Assembly: GCA_951406725.2 (NCBI GenBank)
Contig: OX597816.1
Span: 160,270,001-160,334,000 of the forward strand
DNA: 64,000 nt
DNA from: Octopus vulgaris
Lineage: Eukaryota
Direction: 5' to 3'
In this document: one piece after another, positions 38,298 to 52,070 of the stretch
How positions within the stretch are numbered: position 1 is the stretch's first letter
Layout of the letters: each line of letters begins with the position of its first letter
Notes under the pieces: model-generated
What the model was told of the DNA's origin: nothing
Databases searched by the model: none
The model's input: the letters and a program-made list of their open reading frames with translations, nothing else
Position numbers and translations under genes: made by a program

Positions 38298-38475
38298 AGG
38301 TGCCACATAAAAAACACTGGTGCTGCTTCCACATAAAAGGCATTGATGCTGGTGTCATATAAAAAGCTCTGGTGCTGGTGTCACATAAAAAGCACTGGAG
38401 CTGGTGCCACATAAAAAGCATTGGGGCTGGTGCTACATGAAAAACATTGATGCTGGTTCCACATAAAAAGTACCC
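38298..38475 (+). repeat. 26-nt tandem repeat (~7 units) in an RTE-type 3' UTR variant
   Basis: CTGGTGCTGGTGCCACATAAAAAGCA-like units followed by the AGGAAGGGCA..CCAGCTGTAAAA RTE tail. Confidence 0.75.
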
Positions 38476-38845
38476 AGTCCACTCTGAAATGGTTGGTGTT
38501 AGGAAGGGCACCCAGCTGTAAAAACCAAGTCAAAACATCTATGGAACCTGGTGTGGCACCTGGCCATGCCAACTCCTGTCAAGCTGTCCAACCCTTGCCA
38601 GCATGGGAAACAGATGTTAAATGGTGATGATAATGACTTACACCATGTTTATTATACAGATGATATTCCTAACAGCATTCAGATTTCTCTGTTGACCTTA
38701 ATGCTTATTTATTGATTTGAATTAATCATGCATCATGTTCTAGCTTTCAGATGTTGATTAGATTAACGAAGGCTGGATGTGACTGGTTTCATCATAGAAC
38801 AAGTTGAATATTTGCACCTGATAATGGCAGGTTTAAATGCTAAAG

Positions 38846-40000
38846 CAGTGATTCTCAACCATTTTTTAACTTGACCCCCATAGCCATTTAATGTTTAAAA
38901 ATAAGTTTAATAGATACTTCATAGGAGTGGCTGTGTGGTAAGTAGCTTGCTTACCAACCACATGGTTCCGGGCACCTTGGTCAAGTGTCTTCTTCTATAG
39001 CCTCGGACTGATGAAAGCCTTTGAGTGGATTTGGTGGACGGAAACTGTAAGAAGCCCATTGTATATATATATACACGTTTGTGTGTCTGTATTGGTTCCC
39101 ACCACCATCACTTGATAACTAATGTTGGCATGTTTACATCCCCGTAACTTAGCGATTCGGCAAAAGAGACTGATAGAATAAGTACTAGGCTTACAAAGAA
39201 TAAGTCCTGGGGTAGATTTGCTTGACTACAGGTGGTGCTCTAGCATGGCCACAGTCAAATGACTGAAACAAATAAAAGAGTAAAATTCCTATTTTGTTTC
39301 TCACCCATTTACTTGTATAAGTTTGCAGTAATACTCTCTGAGAGAACATGTTTCAGTGGCTGGAAACATGTTGAACTTTGTAAAATGTTAGAGAAAGAAA
39401 CCCAGCTGTTTCTTGGAATAAATAAATCTAGACCCTTAAAACACTATCATCACCATCACCATCATCATCATTGAACGTTCATTTTCCTTGCCGGCATGGG
39501 TTGGACTGTTTGACTGGTGACTGGCGAACCAGATGGCTGTGCCAGGCTCTGATCTGATCTGTCTAGGTTTCTACAGCTGGATGCCCTTCTTAATGCCAAC
39601 CACTCCGAGAGTGTAGTGGGTGCTTTTTATGTGCTGCTGGCACAGGAGCCAGTCAGGTGGTAATGGCATGGACCATGTTTGGATGGTGCTTTTTACATGC
39701 CACCAGCACAGGAGCCATCCATCCATCATCATCATTTAATGTCCGCCTTCCATGCTAGCATGGGTGGGACAGTTTCACAAGAGTCAGCCAGGCAGAAGCT
39801 TGCACCAGACTTTTGTGACTGTTTTAGCAGGATTTTTACAGCTTGATGCCCTCCCTAACATCAACCACTGAGCAGAATAGACTTAGTGCTTTTTACGTGG
39901 TACAAACGCAGGCAAGGTCAGTTTTGGCAAGAGACTTCAGTTTACTATTTTGCTTGTGTGGATCCCCAAGTGTCATAAGAACCCCAGTTGAGAACCCCTG
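38846..40000. mobile_element. hAT-Charlie MITE expanded by nested SINE and RTE insertions
   Basis: CAGTGATTCTCAACC ... GTTGAGAACCCCTG; flanks TGCTAAAG/TGGTAGAG (6/8). Confidence 0.6.
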
Positions 40001-41614
40001 TGGTAGAGGGTTAATCCAGGAAATCTCTGATGTGAAAGTAGTTAATGGAATGTTTGTAACAACCTGTTTGTCAGGAACTCTTGATAAAGAGTACTTTATC
40101 TTGATTTTGTGGAATGATGTGGCAGGTTGTGTAGGTTAGTTGCATCTGGAGTCAACCAGTCATAGGTCATTGCTCTTGTTTGCTGTCTGGTCTGCAGTGC
40201 TTATCTGCACGTGTGTGTATGTGCATGTGTGTATATCATCATCATTGTCATCGTCATCTTCGTCATCATCGTTGTCATCTTCGTCATCATCGTTGTCATC
40301 TTCATCATCATCGTTGTCATCTTCATCATCATCGTTGTCGTTGTCATCATCATTGTCAACTTCATTGTCATTTAACATCCATTTTTCATACTGGCATAAG
40401 TTGGATTGTTTGACAGGAATTGACAAGCTGGAGAGCTGCACCAGGCCCCAATTGTCTGTTTTGGCACAGTTTCGAAGGTTGAATGCTCTTCCTAACACCA
40501 ACCATTTTACAGAATGTATTCAGTGCTTTATACATGGAACCACCACAGGTGCTTTATAAGTGGCACTGGCACAATTGCTTTTATGTGCCATCTTTTATCT
40601 TTTGCTTGTTTCAACCATTGGATAGTGGATATACTGGAGCACCAACTTGAGGAGCTTAGTGAAAAAAATTGACCCAAGTCCTAATTCATTTTAAGTCTGA
40701 CACACACATACACACACACACATTTATATAGAGCATAGTAGGTGTGACCACCTCTAGAAGTAAGAAATCTCATGCTATGTGAAGGGTATATAATTTTATT
40801 GAGTGAACTGAAGGTAGAATTCCTCACAATGGTTGGCCAGTTTCTGTAGTTGCAGTGTATTGGCTCTATTGTATGTTAAAATGGTAAACAAGATCACAAA
40901 CCCACATCTGATCTTGTATACAACCTGCATTGTCTCACTGACTGTGTGCTTCTAGGAAAGAAGGAAATTACCCTATGATAGGCCAAGCTTACTATCCAGT
41001 GTAATATTTGTCTCTCATCAATGCTATTAGCAGTAGTTCCATGTACATTATAGTCTTGTTTTGTAAACAGTGAAATTTTAGTTACTTCACAGGTTTGCGT
41101 CTCCAGCTTATCATATTTTTCTTTTGAACATTCCTGACTGATAAGCCATGCTCTAATCAAAATACTGAAATGAATATTCCAGACATTATCAGTGTTATGC
41201 CATGTCGAAGATGGCTGAAAGGCTGCTGGTATTGAGGTTGTCGGTGTTGACTCTATGATCCATTGCAAGAATTTGATAATTTTGTTGGATATCTGAGTAG
41301 GGGTTATTTTAATCTGTTTGTCTCTGTGTTTGTACCTATTTACCTAGTTACTTAGTTCTCATTCATAGAACAGAATGGAACTCCTGGAATTGTTTTCTCT
41401 TATAGATTGGCACCCTACAGTTCAGGGAAATTTATCTGTCAGCTGTTTCCTTGGAGAATTGGCAAAGTTATTAAGAGTGTTGGGAAGAGTGCCTTGTTTT
41501 ATTCATTTTGATTCTCTGTGCACTGAGTTCAATTCTCACTAAGGTCAACTTTGCTTTTAATCTTTTCAGAGCTGATGAACCATTTAGCATTCAGATTACT
41601 CAGTCAAGTGTTAT

Positions 41615-42572
41615 CATATCTGCAGTCAGTCATCTATGACTCTTCAAGGCTTGGGCATGACTTGATGATCTTTCTCCATACTGGTTGTTTTTTTGCTTGG
41701 GTTTGTCATTTATTACGATCAATTTCTTTCTACTTCATGTTCCTTTTTGCAGTATCTTTGAATCTCAGTCTAGGTGACGCACAGGCAACCTGCAGCCTGT
41801 GGGCTGCATGCAGCCCTAGATGAGTTTCTAGGCTACTAATTTTTACAAGTGAAAAGTTTTTCACAGATTTTCCAATTATTAACCTTATCGTCTCTCAGCA
41901 TAACCTAAGAGTAGCGACATCTCAAATTCTACCTAATATTGAAAATATGGTAAAGAATGTGAATGTGCAAAAATCTCAGTGATACAGTTAATGAAATTTG
42001 TTCTTTAATAAAATATCAATGAATTTTCTTTTTTTTTTTTTTTTATACCTCAATATTTTAAACTATAATTTATTTACACTAGTAATCATCATTATCATCA
42101 TTAGGAAATAATGAAAGAGATGTCAGCTTAATGTAAACTTTCATACTAAGACAAATGAAATTAAGAAGAACTGCAAAAAATTCAGTGTAAAGTGGGCAAG
42201 TAATATTTCATGCATATGTGTTTTATCATGGAGCCCTCTCCCACATGGAAGTGGTACGATATGGCCCCCAGTTGAGAAAAAGTTGCCCATCCCTGGTCTA
42301 GGCCTTCCCTGGTTTCTTGTCTCTTTGCATTGTCAGGAGTAAGAGATTTGTCTGGGGAGTCTGCAACTGCCAGTCCTGTGTACGTGGCCCAACCAACATA
42401 AATTTCTGTTAATGAGGATTTCCATCATAGGAAGCAGACTAGCACACCATAAGATCTCTTCATTTCTTATCTTCTCAAACAGAGTGATATTCATGATTTG
42501 TCATAGCTGTCTCATGATATATGCATGTAACTTGTCAACTAGAGCTTTATAGACTGTCCAGGTTTCAGCTCC
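41615..42572 (-). mobile_element. Decayed RTE LINE 3' fragment split by a hAT element
   Basis: GAETWTVY...LCWLGHVHR...RLPRQI...GRPR | PRLRFKDTAKRNMK with stops. Flanked by CAGTCAA(G/A)TGT repeats inside a piggyBac-like MITE. Confidence 0.75.
41776..42295 (+). mobile_element. hAT-Charlie deletion derivative with transposase C-terminal remnant
   Basis: 8-bp TSD GTCTAGGT/GTCTAGGC; right TIR GTTGCCCATCCCTG. 41905-41981 encodes LRVATSQILPNIENMVKNVNVQKSQ*, typical of Charlie/SPIN-type C-termini. Confidence 0.75.
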
Positions 42573-43794
42573 AGTCAAATGTAATGCTTATTTATTCACA
42601 TTGTTTTGAATTAATCATGCATGTATAAATCGATTATGTATAAAGTTCTACAAATTATATTTGGGTGTATTTTTCAGATGTCTTCACTTTGGCACACTGA
42701 GGCCAGAAATTATTTTGCAGTTAATAAATTTCAGCAGCCAATTTACCGGCTAGAGAATAGCTTTTATTTAAAATTAAACAATAAGGGTAGAAATTGATAT
42801 TAATCAATTAAAACCAGTGGCTTAGAATATTTTTAAAAATCCAAAGATTAAAAATTGTGTTACACACAAAATTAAGAGGAGTGACCACTAAGTGGACACC
42901 TAATATGCTAAACATAGACATATATAGGCATATATACATAGACAAACAAATACCTAAGCACCCAGCACACTCTGTAAAAGGGTTGGCATTAGGAAGGGCA
43001 TTCAGCCATAGAAACCATGCCAAAGCAGACACTGGAGCATGATGCAGTCCATATGACTTGAATCCTGTTGAACTGTCCAAATTATGCCAATTTGGAAGTA
43101 ATGAAGATGGACATTAAATGATAGTTGTGGTGATGATGATGATGCTGATAATGATGGGGATACCAAAATCTTTTAAGTGCTTAGGGCCTTTATGACCTTT
43201 GGCTGCTGTGAAATTAGAGCTGTATTCTGGTCCTTAAATGATCTGAGGAAGTATTTTCAGTTGTGGGTTGCTTCTTTAATCTTGAAATGGATCATTTGGT
43301 CATTCTCTATCTTTTTGCTTCTTTCTCTTTATTTTCTCTTTGTTGCTTTCTTTCTTCTCTATTCTTTTCCCTCCCTTTCAACTTTTCTCTCTCACATCTA
43401 CATCTCAAATGTTTAAATCAAAAGCTTATGTGTCTGCTAAATCTTTCTCCCTGCCTCCCTGTTTCTCCTTGTTCCTTAGTAAGTCCACCTATCAACCCCT
43501 TTAAATAGCAGTACTCCCTTTTGTTCTTCCAGATCCCATATATAACCCACTTCATAACCTCCCTCTTTCTCACTGACACATAGCACACACACACACACAC
43601 ACACAAACTCACACAATGATACCAAGGCACTCCAACATATACCCCGGCATACACACGCACACATATATATTAATCCATACACACACATTTGTATGCACAC
43701 TCAGTAATACACACAAGCACCTTCACATGGTAAAAGATGCACACACGTGCACATATGTACATATAAACATGCATATTGTTACCAGACACACATA

Positions 43795-43835
43795 TTTACA
43801 TGCATTCACACATGCATATACATACAACTTGGCAT

Positions 43836-43870
<35 letters not shown>

Positions 43871-44063
43871 GCCTGGCACACCCACACACATACATAACAC
43901 AACATGTACACACGCACACATACATATATAAAGAACCTGGCACACACACACATACATGCATACTTAGCTCACACACACACACTTAGCTCACACAACTAAA
44001 CTCACACACACACACACACATTTACATGCATTCACACATGCATATACATACAACTTGGCATGT

Positions 44064-44094
<31 letters not shown>

Positions 44095-44460
44095 GCCTGG
44101 CACACCCACACACATACATAACACAACATGTACACACGCACACATACATATATAAAGAACCTGGCACACACACACACATACATGCATACTTAGCTCACAC
44201 ACACACACTTAGCTCACACAACTAAACTCACACACACACACACACACACATTTACATGCATTCACACATGCATATACATACAACTTGGCATGTACACACA
44301 CACACACACACGCAACCTGGCACACCCACACACATACATAACACAACATGTACACACGCACACATACATATATAAAGAACCTGGCACACACACACATACA
44401 TGCATACTTAGCTCACACACACACACTTAGCTCACACAACTAAACTCACACACACACGCA
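43795..44460. repeat. Three near-identical ~226-230 bp CA-rich tandem units
   Basis: Units start TTTACATGCATTCACAC at 43795, 44021 and 44251, differing mainly in (CA)n length. Confidence 0.9.
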
Positions 44461-44925
44461 CACACATACACACACACACATGCACAATGGTTCTCCCTCC
44501 ACATCTGCATCTATTCCTTGTTTCCATTTCTCTTCCTCTCCATTCCAAACTCCGTATTTTTTTCTCCTGGGTGGTGACTGTTTTTCCCCCAAAATACTGA
44601 CCTTTCCATAATATTTTGTACAAAACCAATTTCCTCATTCTTGTTACCAGTTTTCATCTTGGAAATATACAATTTCAGCACCACCCCATAAATTCTGCTG
44701 TTTTGGAAGGTCATACCTAGCACTTCATTATTTTTACCCTCTTGTCATCATCAATTACATTTCAACCTCAGTTACACAGATCAGATTATGACGACAGTGG
44801 TGGTGGCGATGGCAGCAGCAGTGGTGGTGATGAAGGTGATGGTGACGAAGGTAATGGTGGCAATGATGTAGGTGGTGGTGGTGTTGGTGATGACCATCAT
44901 AATGTTGTTGCTATTCATAATTGCC

Positions 44926-44959
<34 letters not shown>

Positions 44960-46219
44960 ATACTACTACCACCACCACCACCACCACCACCACCACCACC
45001 ACCACCACCACCACCACCACTACTACTGCTGCTGCTGCTATATTAATAGTGGAGATGGATTGAATGTGTCCTCGTACATCTCTTTGGTCTTGCTTACACC
45101 AGATGTTTTGCCAAGTAGTGATGGTCATGGTATTAGTAGTAGTAGTAGTAGTAGTAGTAGGTATTGCTGTGGTGGTGGTGGTAGGAACAGCAGCCGAATC
45201 TCCTTCATCTCACAATCCTACACTATTTCTAGTGGGTTGACTAACTATACAAGGAGCCCATCCATTAATTCTCAACACTGGTGCCTACCTATCTCTCCCT
45301 ATATTTGCTTATGTAACCATAAAATTAGTTTCAACAATATATTTGATGTCAAATGGTTGCACTCTGTCCCCTTGGAGGCTGTTGTACTTCAGCAAAAAAA
45401 TGACCCCATTTTTTTTTTTTTTTGAAATTCTATAAAGGTTAGAGCCTTTAGTTATTGTTACCATGACGATATTCCCCTGTACATTAATATATAATGTCGC
45501 TATCTCTTGTTTCATGATTTGTGCTTGTACTTTTGACTATATCAACATCATCATCATCATTTAATGTCCGTTATAGGTGCAGGAGTGGCTGTGTGGTAAG
45601 TAGCTTGCTTACCAACCACATGGTTCTGGGTTCAGTCCCACTGCATTGCACCATGGGCAAGTGTCTTCTACTATAGCCTCGGGCCGACCAAAGGCTTGTG
45701 AGTGGATTTGGTAGACAGAATCTGAAAGAAGCCTGTCGTATATATGTATATGTGTGTGTGTGTATATATATATATATATGTACATGTGTGTATATGTTTG
45801 TGTGTCTGTTTTTGTCCCTCCAACATTGCTTGACAACCGATGCTGGTGTGTTTATGTCCCTGTAACTTAACGGTTCGGCAAAAGAGACCGATAGAATAAG
45901 TACTAGGCTTACAGAGAATAAGTCCTGGGGTCGATTTGCTCGACAAAAGGTGGTGCTCCAGCATGGCCACAGTCAAATGACTGAAACAAGTAAAAGAGAA
46001 TGTCACTGTCATACCAGCTGTGTCGTTTATTTCCTGTATACTGCACAAATATATCTGACAATCAGGAAATGTTACTTTGCTTGGGAACAGGTAATGGTTG
46101 GCAACAGGCAGGGCATCTGGCCATTGAAGATCTACCTCACTAAATTCTGTCTGCCCCATGCAAGCATAGAAAAGTGTATATTAAAATGATGATGATGGTT
46201 GAAACAGTACACTCTCAAA

Positions 46220-46980
46220 GTTAATGAGCAACCGTATTTTGTTTCATTCCTCTGCAACCTGTCTTTCTTGTTCTCCTTCTTTCACTGGTTCCATCTGTTT
46301 TGAGCTCTTAGCACTTCATCATATAACTGATGTCCTCCCTATGCACCATGTATCTGTTCCATTGCAGCTTTCTCTCTTACACACTGCATCTGATATCCAA
46401 ATTCTCTGTCAGCTAATTTGTACTCTGTTGTTTTATGTACACACATTACATACCCAGCAGAGAGTACTTGAATAATTTCTTTCCAGGTCCACACTTTACT
46501 ACCATGTCACATGGCACTTTGTACACAAGCATTATACAACCTGCTTCTCACTCAGAGAGGGGGTCCCTTTGTTACTGTGTCACCAGCTGAGGCCATGGCA
46601 TACTGAATTTTCCGCAGCCTACTCTTGCTCTGACACCCATCTGCATTGCGAATTAGGTCACTTTAAATACCAAAAGCTACCAACAACTTCTAGGTATCCT
46701 TCTGGGCATTTGAAGGTATCTATTTCACCTGAACACTTTTTACTGATTGCTAGTGTGTCTCTCTTACACACAGTCTACCGTGTCTGTCTGCCTGTCTATG
46801 ATCCTACCACATCTCTCGTATGGTCATAGTTTATATTTGAGTATCTTTTACTCAAACTTCTTACCCCTCTGCCACACCTCTGCCTTCTAAAATTTCTACT
46901 TACTTCTTCTGTGCTTATGAAGCACTGCCATTTCCCAGATTGCAGCATGGTCATGTCTTCTATCTTATTTAATAAGGTAA
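46220..46980 (-). mobile_element. Highly decayed RTE LINE fragments
   Basis: Similarity to the 18.5-18.7 kb RTE segment plus probable upstream-domain remnants; many stops. Confidence 0.45.
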
Positions 46981-47789
46981 TTATCAGAAATTTAATTATT
47001 TCACTAAGTGCATGAATGGCTGTGTGGTTAAGAAGCTTACTTTGCAAAAACATGGTTTCAGGTTCAGTCCCAGTGTTGCACTTTGGGCAAGTGTCTTTTG
47101 CTATAGTCCAGGGTCAATTAATGCCTTGAGAGTGAATTTGGTAGATGGAAACTATGTGGAAGTTGTGACAAAATATAATTTTTCTTTATGAAATAAAATA
47201 TTGATACAGTCAGCTGGTTTCACTTGTGCTAATCATGACTAAGAAGCTGGTGATAATATTACAATTTCATGCGATCATAAGAAGTTTTTGTTCCATGTTA
47301 GTTGGAGGAAGGATATGTGTGTAAGTCTTTTTGTGTGTCCCCTACCACTGCTTCATAACTGGTGTTGATTCATTTACATCCCAGTAACTCATCGATTTTT
47401 GGCAAAAGAGACTAGTAGAATAAGTGCCAAACTTTAAAGAATAAATACAGAGGACTGAAATAAGTAAAAAATTAGAGACTAATATCTCATAATTCTTGAT
47501 TATTTTGAAAATTTAAACAAAATGGCAAAATGTATGCTCACAAAAGGGTTAAAATATTGGCTTACCAAAACAGGAAAAACAAACCAGGAGCAAAATTGTA
47601 AGATATTTAGTCTTGATGTAGTTATGTTTTGAGACCCATTTTAAGATGTCCCCAAAGTTCTTAAAACAACTTTATTTGAACATGTAACAAAGCTTATCAG
47701 TGGATGTAGCTATTGATACATTGTTGGTACTTAACGTTTCAAGATCCTGTTTCTTTACCCATTTAAACATGTGTGGTCTGGATTTTACT

Positions 47790-48228
47790 AAATAATAATA
47801 ATAATAATAATTATAATAATAATGGTGATCATGGCAATAATAATAACAACAACAACAACAATAATAATGATGACAATAATAACAACAATAATAATAATGA
47901 TGACGATAACAACAACAATAATAATAATGACCTTAACAACAACAACAACAATAATAATGACAATAACAACAACAACAATAATACTAATAATATATAATAA
48001 TAATGATAATAATAATGGTTTCAGATTTTTCCACAAGGGCAGCAATTTTAGGGGAGGGGAGGAGTCGATTACATCAACCCCAGTGTTCAGCTGGTACTTA
48101 ATTTTTCAACCCCAAAAGGATGAAAGGCAAAGTTGACCTCAGCGGAACTTGAACTCAGAATGTAGCAACAGGCAAAATACTGCTTAGTATTTCATCCAGC
48201 AACCTAATGATTCTGCCAGCTCACCACC

Positions 48229-48266
<38 letters not shown>

Positions 48267-48790
48267 TCTTTCTGCTATAGGCACAAGGCCTGAAATATTG
48301 AGGGAGGGTACTAGTAATTGATTACATCGATCCCTCCCCCCAGTATTTAACTGGTACTTACTACATCAATACTGAAGGATGAAAGACAAAGCCAACCTTG
48401 ATATAATAATAACAATAATAATCCTTTCTTTTATAGGTGCAAGGCATGAAATTTGGGAGGGGGTCCAGTCAATTTGATCGACTCCAGTACGCAACTGGTA
48501 CTAATTTATCAACCCTGAAAGGATGAAAGGCAAAGTTGACCTTGGTGGAATTTGAACTCAGAATGTAGCAACTGGTGAAATACTACTATGCATTACGTCT
48601 GGCATGCTAGCGATTCTGCCAGCTTGCCACCTTTATAATAGTAATAATAATGATTAATAATAATGGTCCTTTCCACTTTTGGTACAAAGTCTGAAATTTT
48701 GGGATTAGGGGCTTATCTTGACTGGTAGTTAATTTACCAGCCCTGAAAGTATAAAAGGTAAAGTCAACTGTGACAGAATTTGATCATGAT
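47790..48790 (-). mobile_element. Array of four GGCGAGCTGGCAGAA-family SINEs embedded in (AAT/AAC)n
   Basis: Copies at ~48020-48230, 48265-48400, 48420-48632 and 48665-48780, all minus strand, separated by (AAT)n. Confidence 0.8.
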
Positions 48791-48819
48791 CATCACCATC
48801 ATTGTCATCATCGTGAACA

Positions 48820-50575
48820 TTATTATTATGCACAGCTTCTAATACTGGAGATGTACTACAGTGACAACTGTTCACTACCAGTGAACTAAGGTAACACCTC
48901 TTATTTTTCAAGCACCTTCCGGAGTATCTGAGCAGTTCCAAGCAGTGCTGTTTTCTGAAAGTGCTCCACCCTTATTGCAGCCCCTATTTGTTTCATTTTT
49001 ACTCACTGTTCCCAGGGCTTCGACAATTATTGGTACTACTGCTACCTTTTTCATTGACCACACCTCCTGAACTTTCCAATCTAACCTGTCATATGTCTTG
49101 ACTTTTCTTTCTTCCTTATCACATACTTCGTTGTCAGCTGGGCATGCTATATCCATGATCCAGCATAGTTTGTTTTCTTTCTCAATTAAGACTATGTCTG
49201 GCTTCCTATTCTCAATCTCATGGTCGCACTGAATCATAAAATCCCTTAGGATCTTTGCATTTCTATTTTCGACAATACCTTCAGGTTTGTGGTCCATACT
49301 TGTTGCAAAGTGTCCAATGGACAAGCCTGGCTATATTGTCGTGGCGTCTCATATATTCCTTCTGGGCTAGTGGTGTACATTGGCTGGTAATATGCCATAT
49401 GGTTTCACTGTTTTGTCCATAGACTTTGCACTTGTCACTTTGTGCAGTGTTCTCTATTCTGTATTTCATGTAGTTTGTTCTTAGTGCTTGCTCTTAGGCA
49501 GCACAGATTAGAGCCTCCATTTCCAGTTTTAAATCACCTTTAGTCATCCACAGCCATCTTTTTTCTCTGTATGTCTTATCTTCAACATCCCTATGAAATT
49601 GACCATGCTTTCTTTTCTTTACCCACCTATTTTCAGTTTCTTTCATTTTCAATTTCTTGTATAGTGCTTTATCTTTGCAATCTTTCAACCTACACAAGCC
49701 TGACCTTCTTACTTCTAATAACAGTGGTTCTGTGGCATTTTTTACCTACCATGCTATGTTGTTTTCTGCTCTAATGCTGTGTTCGCATACAATAAGTCCT
49801 CTTCCCCCTCTTTTTCTTGGTACATACAGTCTGTCTGTGTCACTTTTGTGGTGGAGTGACCCATACCTAGTGAGTAACTTCCTTGTCTTTCTATCTAAGC
49901 TGTTTAATTCGTCTACTGTCCATGCGAGTACCTTTGCTCCATATCTAAGGAGTGAAACCGCCCAGGTGTTGATAGCTTCAATATTATTCTGTCCATTTAA
50001 TTCCGACTTCAGGATCAGTCTCAGTCTGCGCAAGTACTCCACCTTAAATTTTTCTGTCATTTCTTTCTCCATCAATTTATCCATTTCCAAAATCCCCAAG
50101 TATTTATAGCCTGTTTCTTCTATCTGCTTCATAACATCCCCCTGACTGTATCGCTAGCCTGTCCATACATTTGATTTTGCCTCTCTTCAAGACTAACACA
50201 CCACACTTTCTCAGTCCAAACTCTATTCTGGAATCAGCACTAAAGGTATACACCATATCAATGAGGGAACTGACTTGGGCTTCATCTTTACCATAAAGTT
50301 TGAGGTCATCCATTAATACAAATGGTTGATTTTTGTTGGCAGCTTTTGAATACATACCCAGCTTTTGCATTCCCCAGAATCAGTGTGAGTGATATCAAGC
50401 ACAGTACAAAGATCAGTGGGGACAGGCATTCCTAATTTCTACTGTCCCTAAATTTCTTCCGTATACTGTCAGGTCCATCCTCAAATTCACCATACTATTT
50501 CCAAGCAATCACTCAACATTCAATGCAATACCAAATAGGTTCATTCACTCCATAATCCCAAAATTTGGGATCGTA
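48820..50575 (-). mobile_element. R4/Dong-clade RLE non-LTR retrotransposon, 5'-truncated and frameshifted
   Basis: RT motifs MDDLKL, FGLRKC, YKYLG, RLYVPRKRGGRGL; degenerate CCHC knuckle (CKVY..H....C); RRHDN; RLE KPDIV..WIMDIACP; 3' (TAA)n. Confidence 0.9.
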
Positions 50576-51723
50576 ATAATAATCAGATACGATATTATTG
50601 TTGTTGTTGTTGGTGTTGTTGATGTTACTACTACTACTTCATCAGAAGACAAAATAATAAAGGATTGTAAAAAAACAGATTTCGTTAAGAGCTGGTAAAT
50701 GATCTTCTTAACTACTAACTCTTTTTATTTCTTTAACATATTGCCTGTCAATCAAGTTAGTACTAAATAATTAGAATACACACACACATACATACTCACA
50801 CAAACACATACACCAAAAAAAGAAGTAACTATTCTCATATTATATTGGTGTTTCTCCAATTTCCTTTTATCTTATCACTTGTCAGAGTCAGCTTTCATTG
50901 TACTTACTGCTTTTGTTGTTTTCTCTCTTTTCCTCATATATATATTATATATATATATATATATACACACAATCTTATTTTCATTTTATTTTTCCAAATG
51001 AGTGTAATTAGAAAGAAAGCCTCCAAACTAGTTAGAAACATAACACTTGGAGATAAATTCTACTTCTGGTAACTTGGAGTGTTATTAAGAATCAATCATC
51101 ACCATCATCATCATCTTCATTATCATCATCGCCATCATTGCTTTAATGTCTGTTTTTCCATGCTTGCATGGATCAGACAGAATTCAGTGAAACAGATTTT
51201 CTAGAACTGTTGCCAACCCTCACCTGTTTTCCAAACAAGGAATTATATCCCCATAGCCGCGCATGTTCTCATAGAAAATACTTGAAACAACTGGCACTGA
51301 TCATATAGCACTGACACTCATTTTAGAACTACCATGCGATGCCAAGACAAGAACACACAAACACATGCATATATCATCATCATCAGCATTTAACGTCTCT
51401 TTTCGATGTTGGTATGGGTTGAATGATTCGACAGGAGCTGGCTGGCTAGGCAGAAGACTGCGCCTAGCTTCAGTGTCTGTTTTGGCATGGTTTTTATGGT
51501 TGGATGCCCTTCCTAACACCATATACATACATATACATATATATATAAGATGGAGGTGGAAATAGCACAGAAGTAAGTCTAAAACATTTCAATTTAAGAG
51601 GGAATTTAAAAATGATTTTAAAATTATATAAAGAAAACATTACATGTTTTGATGTTTCTCATCAAATAGCAGTAAAAATTTATTAAACAATTTATGTTGT
51701 CTGGGGGTCAAGAACATGTATAT

Positions 51724-51780
<57 letters not shown>

Positions 51781-52070
51781 AGTAGGTGGATGAATTATCC
51801 TATGTTTATCGTCAGCATGGAAAATTTGTTTAACCGAAACCTGGGTAGCAAATTCATGTCAGAAAACACGGTTGAGTAAAGGAATTTTGTTAACATCTTC
51901 GTTCGACTCCATTCTTTCATTTATTCATATATATATATATATATCTGTGTGTGTCTGTGGTAACGTTAGGGGTGTGCAGATAAAGCTCCTATTTCATTAT
52001 GCCGGCTGAATGGTGAGTCAGTTTTTTTGGGTTGCATCATGGTTATACTGATATAATGTAGGATAAATAT

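Noticed and set aside
38298-38475. Regular 26-nt repeats and the spaced GGTGGCAC..GCACC units as a CRISPR array
   Set aside because: Eukaryotic context, degenerate units without unique spacers, part of a retrotransposon 3' UTR, no cas genes.
40894-41268. 124-aa non-repetitive minus-strand ORF
   Set aside because: No recognisable domain or splice signals; SFFPR only faintly recalls a LINE C-terminus. Needs BLASTp.
44742-45425. Poly-T/V/G/S/Y ORFs (also poly-N/D at 47773-48136 and 40140-40559)
   Set aside because: Trinucleotide repeats with no flanking recognisable domain or clear splice context.
45575-45660. SINE heads as functional tRNA genes (also 2586, 53968 and others)
   Set aside because: A/B boxes only, no complete cloverleaf, and fused to SINE bodies.
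51640-51670. Minimal hammerhead-like TTGATGAG..AAAACATGT on the minus strand
   Set aside because: Both core boxes are mutated; too short to support.
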